This document shows, piece after piece, positions 1 to 8,842 of a DNA stretch of 64,000 nucleotides (position 1 is its first letter; every line of letters starts with the position of its first letter). This DNA comes from Eutreptiella sp. 'Long Island Sound 2002'. Lineage: Eukaryota; Protista; Euglenida. The stretch lies in contig OZ038378.1 of assembly GCA_964036045.1 (NCBI GenBank), positions 14,880,001 to 14,944,000 of the forward strand, read 5' to 3'. A program made the translations under genes and the position numbers. The notes beneath the pieces are model-generated. The model did no database searches. It was not told the origin of the DNA and saw nothing but the letters and a program-made list of their open reading frames with translations.

Positions 1-373
1 CGTTTCGAGGCATCTAGCCCGTTCTACAGCCAATTTAGTGTCCAAAAATGGCCGTTATGGGGCTGTTCTTAGGACGATCGTCCTGAAAGTTCAGGACGAT
101 CGCCGGTGTGCCAAGTAGGTGTTCCCAATGGGGGCCGTTGTTCTTTCATAGCGATTGGGCTATCAAATGATGGCAAACGAGTGTTCAATAAGGCATGTAC
201 CATGCCGTGGTGCCACGCGGTGGTCCATTTGGAGGTGACAATAAGCCTTTTTTGCCGTTTTTCAAGACAATTGTCCTTACCGTGGAAGCACATCTCCAAA
301 GCAAGCAGTCTTTCCTCGACGGTGATTTCAAATGCGCGTTACACAAGACTAGGACCCAGCTCGGTCCTAGTTT
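1..373 (+). repeat. Partial ~600-bp tandem-repeat unit (same family as the 23475-29548 array), interrupted at 373 by the YR element
   Basis: Nearly identical to 26621-26993 (I saw only 3 differences by eye). Ends in the hairpin ACTAGGAC-CCAGCTCG-GTCCTAGT. Confidence 0.95.
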
Positions 374-945
374 AGGTTATGCACCCTGCACTGAAACATG
401 CACTGCACCACAAGTCCAACACACAGCCTGTCAATTGCTGACAACAACTCGGGGTTCAGGTCCATGCCCCTACCCGATGAATACGCTTTCTTGTTGCGCT
501 TTTCGTCCCAGAATGTAACGAACCCCGGCACTGATATCCACTCCCACGTGACGCTGGCCGCGTCGCCCACCCTCCAGCGGTACACGATGCTGCATATGGC
601 CAGGAACACCAGCCGGCCCCAGGCCCAGTGGCCCCAGCTGGTGGTGATCGTCTCGACGTGGTCCCATGTGGCGACCGGCTTAGGCTGTGCCCTGCGCGCC
701 CATCCTTTACCAATCGCCCTGGCTTGCATCCAGTGGACCTCGGCAACCACCGCTTGGATGATGCGTAGCTTTTCCAGTAGTCGCACCCCTGAGATGAGTG
801 CTGTCGCGCTTGACCCGCTCTTTCGCTTGGCTGCCAAGGCATTGAGCCTCCTCTCCACGGCGTCCACCAGGAGCTCGTCTGGTGTGCTGGCCAGCAGTGC
901 TTGTCGCAGCGCGCTGGTGTACGTGTCCACCGACCCGGGTTCCAT
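367..945 (-). CDS. Truncated tyrosine recombinase (DIRS/VIPER-type YR): N-terminal domain and box I only
   Basis: GSVDTYTSAL and SGSSATALISGVRLL resemble the YR N-terminal domain. LAICSIVYRWRVGDAASV has the box-I Arg, and FWDEK has the candidate Lys. The HxxR and catalytic Tyr are absent. The frame is open upstream to the gag stop. Confidence 0.6.
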   Translation of the reverse strand: MEPGSVDTYTSALRQALLASTPDELLVDAVERRLNALAAKRKSGSSATALISGVRLLEKLRIIQAVVAEVHWMQARAIGKGWARRAQPKPVATWDHVETITTSWGHWAWGRLVFLAICSIVYRWRVGDAASVTWEWISVPGFVTFWDEKRNKKAYSSGRGMDLNPELLSAIDRLCVGLVVQCMFQCRVHNLN

Positions 946-2149
946 GACCCGGATGGCTGTCGCTCCCGTGCTCGACCCTGAGTCGGTGTGCGTGAGCCTC
1001 CGGACATGCTGTAATGCCTCCCATGCATCGCGGACTGTGGGGGCCCCAGTGGGGACCTCCGGGCCCCCCCCGCCCCTTCACTGGCCCTCCCCTGCCGGGC
1101 AGGGGTCCTTGGACCAGTGCATATGGCCACATTTTATGCACGGCGTGGGGGGCGGCTTGCTGGTGTCGTACGCCACTCCTTTCGCCGACACCCAGAGCCT
1201 GGTGTCGCCGATCTGCTGGAAACCTCCAGTGGACCCCTTCTTGCCGCAGTCCGCGGCCCAGTGCCCGTCTTCGCCACACCGGAAGCACCTGCCCGGCTTG
1301 GCAGGCCGTCCTTCGCCATTAGCTCCCGTCTGTTGCTTGGGTGTCTGCGGGGTCTGCGCGTTGTGGTGCTGGACTGTCGCCCTACCATTTTGCTTCGCCA
1401 GGATTTTCTGGTGTAGCACGTTCCATACCGCCAACACGAACTTGTCCTCCCACCAGTTTTCCGCATTCAAAGGTCTCGTCTGCAGCTCTGCCACCGCGGA
1501 TGCCAGCGTGGTCATCCACTGGTATGGCAACGCCCTGCCCAGCATTTTCGCTATCTCCTCGTCGGTGAGCGCCGGGGCTGCCCGCGCTTTTGCCTTCTCC
1601 ATCTCGAGGGTGGCCCTGGCCAGCTTCGCCTCCAGTTCCACTATCCGTTGTTTGGCGGGCGTTTGATCTGCTTCCACGATGGCGTATGCATCTTTGACGA
1701 AGATTCCCGCGTCGAAATCGGGTCGCATGTGCTTCCGGCCGTGATACACTCCCATTGCCCTGATCAAATCCGCCTTGTCGGTGAAATCTCCTCCGACCGT
1801 ATCCATGAACTGCTGCAGCATCTCGTCCGACACGTCCTCCACCGCCAGCCACTCGTGCATGCCGATTTCCCATTCCGCCACGTTCATCTTGTAGGCTTCG
1901 CTCTGGAGTAATACCTTGTACGGCCCTGCTGCCCACTTCTTCCAGTCAGACCGCACCTGGTCCACCGCCTCAGTGATCATGTCTGCGGCTCTCTGGTCCT
2001 GAACCACTTCTACTGATGACGCGCTTGTTGCTGGACTGGCCCCCCCTTGTCCCGTACCCCCATTTGCATCGGACCCAACCATCAGTGCAAAGAACACACT
2101 AAGCAACACAGTCGGGGTCCTAAACTATAGTTTATATCCATAAACTAAG
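374..2149 (-). mobile_element. Tyrosine-recombinase retroelement-like insertion (gag then YR, the VIPER/TATE-type order); YR truncated and no RT/RNaseH, so probably non-autonomous
   Basis: Repeat sequence stops at ...CCTAGTTT (373) and resumes at GAGTCTTG (2154). GTTT occurs at both junctions (370-373 and 2150-2153). Contains a CCHC gag ORF and a YR-like ORF. Confidence 0.7.
1078..2082 (-). CDS. gag: Gag-like protein (334 aa) with a coiled-coil segment and zinc knuckles
   Basis: First ATG at 2082. Canonical CX2CX4HX4C knuckle CFRCGEDGHWAADC and a variant CIKCGHMHWSKDPC. TGA at 1078-1080. Confidence 0.8.
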   Translation of the reverse strand: MVGSDANGGTGQGGASPATSASSVEVVQDQRAADMITEAVDQVRSDWKKWAAGPYKVLLQSEAYKMNVAEWEIGMHEWLAVEDVSDEMLQQFMDTVGGDFTDKADLIRAMGVYHGRKHMRPDFDAGIFVKDAYAIVEADQTPAKQRIVELEAKLARATLEMEKAKARAAPALTDEEIAKMLGRALPYQWMTTLASAVAELQTRPLNAENWWEDKFVLAVWNVLHQKILAKQNGRATVQHHNAQTPQTPKQQTGANGEGRPAKPGRCFRCGEDGHWAADCGKKGSTGGFQQIGDTRLWVSAKGVAYDTSKPPPTPCIKCGHMHWSKDPCPAGEGQ

Positions 2150-2153
2150 GTTT

Positions 2154-2450
2154 GAGTCTTGATTACCGAGCTGGGTTTACCCTGTCGAGGTTTTACACCC
2201 CATCTTAGGGTCCAAGGATGAGCAACACGTTTTAGCAAGCAGCAGCAAGCAGCAAGCAGTAGCAAGCAGCAAGCAGTAGCAAGCAGCAAGCAGCAAGCAG
2301 TAGCAAGCAGCAAGCAGCAACAGGCGAGTAAAAAGTCCTTGCAACGACACCGTGGCTCAAAACCGGCATCCAAGTAGCTCAAAACGACCGGGGAGCAAAC
2401 GCGCATCACCACAAACAGGTTTTGTGCCGTTTTGAGCCGACTAGCCCGAT
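2154..2450 (+). repeat. Resumed ~600-bp repeat: 3' tip of one unit plus the 5' half of the next, with an AGC/AGCA microsatellite
   Basis: Matches 26994-27240. Confidence 0.9.
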
Positions 2451-3782
2451 GTACTAGGATGTGCTAAGGAAAGAGACCATTTACAACCGCTCAGCCTCTG
2501 TCATGGACGTGTTCAACCATGTGCCCTCATGTGGTACACAACCATCGAGGCCCAAGTCATGTATTTTTGATGGGAGATGATTGCATGGTGCAGTGTGGCG
2601 CCTCCTATGGTGCTTACCTGGCGCTAGTATACACCCAAAAGAGTCTTAATGAGCGCGAGCTTGGGAGCATACGGAAGAGTGAACGTGTGGTAAGTTAGTA
2701 AAGCACGCGCCACAACCAGTGCATCACTCCCCGATGCATGACACACGGAACAGGTAGCGGGCCGACAACAAGGGGGTCTTCCATGCCGTAGCCATCGCGC
2801 GCAACCAAGCGATGGTTTTACACGATAGGAGGGCCATGAGTGTATAGGTTGTGTGATGTGCCCATGAATCACGCCGCATGTTTAGTAGAACATATGCTAG
2901 CAACACAGCCTGTATGTAGCTGTGTCTTCTACCTTCCCTAAGTCCGCCTATCGAGGCACACGTACATTGCTACGTGTCAAACCCATCAGCTCCCCGGCCC
3001 AGTGTGTTTCCCGTGTCCCCACCCACGCAAAAATGTGCACCTAGGAAATTTTTTTTCATGAAGTGTGTTTGTGGGTTGAACACTCTTGCCGGGGGATGCC
3101 CGCGGCGGCTTGGGTCCCTTTTTGCCTCGGCCAACGCCCCGCGGATTGCAATGCACCTGTGCGCACAATGTAGTGTCGCTGGGGTTCGGCGGGAGAACCC
3201 GACAGCGGAGCTTGGTGTACCATGTAAGTGTGCCGTGGCTGTTGACATTGCACCTATTACCTTCAGCACATGGAGGCATGGGCAGGGACGGGCACAAAAG
3301 GGCGGTGGCCCTTGCAATCCCCCCCCCCCCTGCCCCCTGGGAGACCATCACTTGGCAACCGTCTCCCCCCCCTCCAGCCGGGAGACTGTCGTGTGCTAGC
3401 GGGGGAGATTGCAAGGGGGGGCAGAGGGTACCCAAGGAATGGTTGCACGAGCTCCGCTACCGCGTGGCATGGCACCAGTATCGCATGATGCATGCATTTC
3501 GAGGGAAATTGTGGTACCCTTCACTAATGCAAGCAAAGAGAACACACGTGAAGCGACTTTTGCGTTGGTGCGGTGCCAATGTGATTCATCCGGCACAAAC
3601 GTTATTGGGGATCCAAAGGAATGGTACAGAACTTCTGGGTATGAGAACAACACACTTTGAAGTGTTGCACATGTTCAATTTGCATGACAAGCACGGGGTG
3701 TGTTGCAATGGCTGGTGAGGAGGAGGTAATGGCGTGCGAGGCTGGTTTGGTAGCCGCTTTAGCACCGGCTTGCGTAGGTGCA

Positions 3783-4268
3783 CTAGTCCGTTCCGGCTGG
3801 CTTTGTTCTTGCCTTGGGGGCAGCCACCGACTTCTTTGGGGGCATCCTTATTCTGCAACTTGCAACCCCTGATGGTACATCGCGATTTTTAGCCTTTGCT
3901 CTTGCACACACATGTGATTGATTTGGAGTAATGGGAAAGCAATGCAAGGCCATGGGGGCGTTTTCGCACGGCGCGCGCACAGCGCCATTTATTACGGTGT
4001 TTACCCCGGTAACAGCCGAATTTGATGGACTCCTTCCCCGATCGTCGGGTGGGGGCGAAGGGCTGCGTGTGGAGGGGGGCGGTGAGTCGGCACTCGGGAT
4101 GGCAAAGGAGATAGACTCAACTTTGCACTGCCGATTCACCACCTTCACCGCGTCTTGGAAGTACTCCAAGTGGAGTAAGCCGTCGGGCGCAAACCCCACC
4201 ACTGTGGCAGGAACTCGCATCCCATTGGAGCGAGTGTAGAACACCCTATCTCCAACATTAAAGTCCAT
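3783..4268 (-). CDS. Hypothetical ORF or exon with an SH3/Tudor-like beta-barrel start, followed by a Ser/Pro-rich tail; probably TE-borne
   Basis: MDFNVGDRVFYTRSNGMRVPATVVGFAPDGLLHLEY has an F.VGD.V...A.V pattern. It may be spliced near 4006. Confidence 0.35.
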   Translation of the reverse strand: MDFNVGDRVFYTRSNGMRVPATVVGFAPDGLLHLEYFQDAVKVVNRQCKVESISFAIPSADSPPPSTRSPSPPPDDRGRSPSNSAVTGVNTVINGAVRAPCENAPMALHCFPITPNQSHVCARAKAKNRDVPSGVASCRIRMPPKKSVAAPKARTKPAGTD

Positions 4269-4992
4269 GGTGAATGCAATAGAGGGTCTGAGAAATGAGA
4301 GCAAAAGATGATGCCCCGCAGCAAACACCCTGAGAATGTATCACCATATACCGGCCTCAGGGTGCCCGTTTGCAAGGGTACATACATGCAAGAAGGGGGA
4401 GGGTTGATGCTACAAGGACACACAACGGCAATAGTACCCTGCGGCAATCCTACACCCAAAAAACTGCCTACCGGTGGTGGAGAATGGCCTACTTTTCGCA
4501 CAGCGCGCGCACAGCGCACGGTACGCCCCCCATGTGTAAGGCAGATGGGCAACACAAACTAGTGCATTACATGTTAACTAGAAAGTCAGGAAAGGATGGT
4601 CTCCCGGGACGCAAGCAGGTCACAAAGTGCTCCATGCACGTCCTGATATGCATATGCAGCAATGTTCGGCAGTTCATTGAGCATTATGAAATACACTCTT
4701 GAGTTCCAATTACCGAGATATCCACCTTTGGCATGTTTTGTCAACACTGGTGTGTTTGCATGGTACAGCACAGGCTGGGCGCCCAAAGGGGTCGTGCCTT
4801 CACTGTTTCACATTGCTTGTTCGGCTCCGTATCCCTCTTTCCCAACACACAGGCAACACAAGACAGCCGCAGTCCATCCACAATGCCTCTCCTGCCCGGC
4901 CCAACGTCACTTAAACACTGGCAGCACGTCCCTCTGGTCAACCCAAAGTCAAAGATACAGCAAAGCCGGGAGGGTGGGTGGGCCCACCATGG

Positions 4993-5218
4993 CAAATACA
5001 CATTTGTAGATCAAAACACACTTCGAGTCTCATGACTTAAGTTTTGCACATGGATTGGTGCTCCACGCACATACCTAATAGAGATTCTGGTTGAGGTTAT
5101 TGGTCGGGTCATCAATAAAAATTTGGTTATGCTCCAACTAAACTTGTGCCTCCTTTGGGTACCCCTTGGGGACCTGTACACGTTGCCCACGGATGGACAC
5201 GCACTAACGGGTGTCATC
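4993..5218 (-). pseudogene. Decayed copy of the C-terminal domain of the Ulp1-protease element at 29611-30590
   Basis: Hand translation DDTR*CVSIRGQRVQVPKGYPKEAQV*LEHNQIFIDDP...NPCAKLKS*DSKCVLIYK aligns with EDTFPKVLIRGEWRKVPDGYPRDPSGQLECDQLFINDP...NPSAKPKSNDTKADLIYK. Confidence 0.7.
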
Positions 5219-5479
5219 ATCTGTGGTGGGATCAAAGGAAGCAACCTTGCTGAGTGCAGCGTTGGTGGGGCGTCCTTCAATGACTGCCCAAATGGGGGTG
5301 GATCCTTAAAACTTGAAGGCCTAGGAGGGAGGAGACTCTTCAACTTTCGGCCCCAAGAAAGGGGGGGGGGGTGCAATTTTCTTCTTGGGCTCCGAAACAG
5401 GATCCTCACCTTCAACAATAGGGGTCGAAGTAGATGGGGCTGGGGCCTAGAGGCCAAATGTGGGCAAAATGGCGACGCA

Positions 5480-5975
5480 ACCCTTGCCGTCTGGGGGCCA
5501 GGTGTGTGCTAAAAAGGCTACATAACCCTTGGCTTCCCAAGGGTCCCCAACAAGGGAACAAAATCAGAAATGGCTACATAACCTTGCCGTCTTGGGGGGC
5601 CACATGTGGGCGGAAAGGCTGCACAACCCTGGCCTACCTGGCGGTCCCCCAAAAAGTGACCCACCAGATGCGCAACCAACCAGACCGGGGCCCCAACTTG
5701 CCCCAAAAATGGTCAACATTGGCTTCTGGAAAATTGGGCTAAAGGTACCTTAGGGCGGTCCTGAATTAAAAAAAAAAAAAGCACCCCTATGTTGTCTTGG
5801 GGGTCCCCAACGTGAGGACATGGTCCAATTGGCTACATAACCCTTGCCGTCCTAGCGGCCCACATCTGGGCAGAATGGCTATTTGCCTTCTCCAAGGTCC
5901 CCAACGTGTGGAGTAAATCAAAGAGGCAGCAAAATCCTTGCCGTCTTGGGAGCCCACACATGGCCAAAATGGCTA
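5480..5975. repeat. Degenerate short tandem repeats (TGGCTACATAACCCTTGCCGTCTTGGGG...CCCCAA), related to 6690-6765 and 30640-30960
   Basis: The recurring core is visible directly. Confidence 0.7.
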
Positions 5976-8052
5976 CAATTTGGAGGGAAATTTACCCAAG
6001 GCAAATGTTACACAAAAAAAACATTGACCAAAAATTAAGCTTGTTCTGGCAATTGTGGTTTTTCCCACCTTGTGGGTCCTAAGCTCTTGATCATGTATTC
6101 CATTGCAGGCCCCTGTTTCTTGCACGCTCTTCTTTTGTTCTAAATGGGCATGTTGTTCCACCTGTTGTAGTGGATATGTACTGGACGGAACCTAGTTTGT
6201 TAGCTCCCCGGCACAATTGGAGTGATGAGTACATCAAAATATTTACCAACTAGGCAAGGCAACATGGAATTGCTGGTGCTATACAATGACATCAGAGGGG
6301 TGATGGGGGAGTCTTTGCACTGCGAGCGCACTGCGCGCGCACGTCGCGCGCACTGCGCGCTACTTTTAGACTATGTTCCCCCCGAAGAGCCCCCAAGCAC
6401 ACCCCTTGGAAACGCCCTTAGAATTAGGTGACCCAAACTGCTGCAGCTCAAGAAAGTTGCAAACTACCTTCCCTTCACATAACACTCATCATGCACAACT
6501 GGAAAAGCGTCTTTGTATCGGATAATCGGACTTGCTTCAATACTTCCACTTCCCAATGGAATCTTTGGCCGTCCCATGCGTGCTTGTCCCCCTGAGTGGA
6601 AATGGATCTTCGCCACTCTGCGGAGATATAATGTAAAGCATAAACACAATCAAGGCAAGAGAGCCGCAAACGGCATTGCGTGTAGTAAAGAGGGCGGAAA
6701 TGCTACGTCACCCCTGCATTCTCGGGGATCCCCAAACAAAGGGGGACAAAATCAGAAGTCAAAACCTGCCCCTAGGGGCCCCTAGTATCTCAAAGTATGG
6801 GTCTCTAGTACGGCCAGACGCCCAAATAGTTGCACAGCGCGCACACTGCGCTTGAGGCACCCCCGATGAGAGGGAGCACAAATTGGTGTACTACACAATT
6901 TGCGCAGTTTATGGGTGGTTGCAGTATTTCCCAAAAAATGTGAGTATTTTCAAACGCAAGATGTGCCGTCTATTGAGCCCATGTTCGACACTCTCAAGAA
7001 GCTTCATCTTGAAGAGAAACAGTGCCCTTGTGCACGTGGCTCTTTGAGTGCTCGAACATGTCTCTCTTGCACTGAGTATGTTTGTGATGGTGGCTGGATC
7101 ACACTACAACAATTTGTCCCACCGTTTAACTAAACCATGAATGGTGCAACCCACATTGTGTTGCATTGTTTTGCTATGCTAACCACTCCGTTGGCTAATT
7201 TCGACTTTTGGTAATTTTTACTTTAGGTGGACATAACCCCTACCGTTGTGGGAGCCCGAATGTGGGTGAAAAAATCAAGTGGCTGCGAAACCTGTGCCAT
7301 CTCAGCATCCCTAGAAAAGGGAGGATTCAAAGTGGCTGCATAGCGCTCTCCCAACAGATATTGGTTGGGGCATTCATTTTTGCTTTTTGCTGTAGGTCGC
7401 ATGCCCTTTTTTTGGATGCATGTCGTGTGTACTATTTTTTCTTTATGTGGGACGTGTGAAAAAAGCAAAATCAAGCGCGCATTTTTCTGGCTGTTGGTTG
7501 CGTGCTTTTTTTTTTGGATGTAGGTTGCGTAAAACAAAAGCGCGACTCGCATATGGGGGGGGGGGGGGTTGTGTACCCGCAGCATTTTCAGTCTTTTTTC
7601 CACGCACAACTTACGCAAAAAAAAAAGGCATGCGAATTACAGCAAAAAAAAAAATTTGACTTACACCTGACACTTAGATGCCGATCTCTGCAGGTCAGCT
7701 ACCAACCTCATTGACCAACACTATCTTTGTCGGAGAAACATGTCTTATTCCTCCAACGACAGCCCTTGAGCAGCCAGTCAGAGCTATCCTGGCACCAAGG
7801 TTACCCTGGCACACACAACAGACACACACACACACATACACAAACACACAAGCAAAAGCACTCGATGCAATGCAAAAATATCTCTCTGTCAGACGGCGTG
7901 ACAAAGGCACAAAGGCTCCACCTGTGTTCTGGGCGTGCGGAGCTGGGGAATGCAATTAAATTGGGCTTGGCTTTCTCAGCTGTGGCGAAGCCCATAAGAT
8001 GGGTAGAAGACTGTATTCCAGCACTGTCTGGGTTAACACCACACACACACAC

Positions 8053-8084
<32 letters not shown>

Positions 8085-8452
8085 GACTAAGGCACACACG
8101 AATCCACACAAACAATGTGAGTGATCTCAACCCCTACCCCTGGAGATGGCAGGGCTCGGTGGGCACCAACACATAATTTCAGGCCAGTCACATGAAATTT
8201 GAGAAAGAAACAATGAGGCTGAGCACTGGTTCACTCATGGAGAAGGTTGCAGGAGCAATGGCGGCCTGTTCCCACCCCTTCAACCACAATTGTGAACAAG
8301 CAGAGAGTGGGGTCAGAGTTGGCAAAGGTGCACCGTACACACACGCCCGCCCACACAAACACACAAAGACGCGCGCGCGCACACACACACACACACATGT
8401 GATGGCACCAACACACACCCATGCCCTGGAGCCATCAGTAAGGCGCATCGCG

Positions 8453-8497
<45 letters not shown>

Positions 8498-8745
8498 TTG
8501 AAGCGAGACGAACATGCGTGACAAACAAAGCACTGCACTGGTCGCTAACGAATCTCGTCAGGCCGAATAGATCAGTAGAAGAAGGAGTTGAAAAACATGT
8601 CGGCTAGGCGCCTTTCTGTAGTACAACAGATTCATCACCAGAGGCACCGGCTAGTGGGGCGGTCCACGAATCGTGTCCACCCCTGCAGGCAGGAAACAGC
8701 ACGAAACAGGCCCTGTGCACGGTCCCTTCTGTACCCCCGCCCCGT

Positions 8746-8746
<1 letters not shown>

Positions 8747-8838
<92 letters not shown>
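8747..8838. repeat. Long (CA)n microsatellite; others at 8053-8082 (GA), 8455-8494 (CA), 13569-13612 (GT), 46061-46118 (CA then GA)
   Basis: Seen directly. Confidence 0.98.

Positions 8839-8842
<4 letters not shown>

Noticed and set aside
1078-1080. TGA as evidence of a recoded genetic code (TGA=Trp)
   Set aside because: Trp is encoded by TGG in the MAPK codons I checked and no internal TGA is needed. One case cannot support recoding.
398-1666. 422-aa plus-strand ORF, and other ORFs overlapping gag/YR (456-1130, 707-1288, 1382-1936)
   Set aside because: These are antisense or alternate-frame shadows of GC-rich coding DNA, with no motifs.
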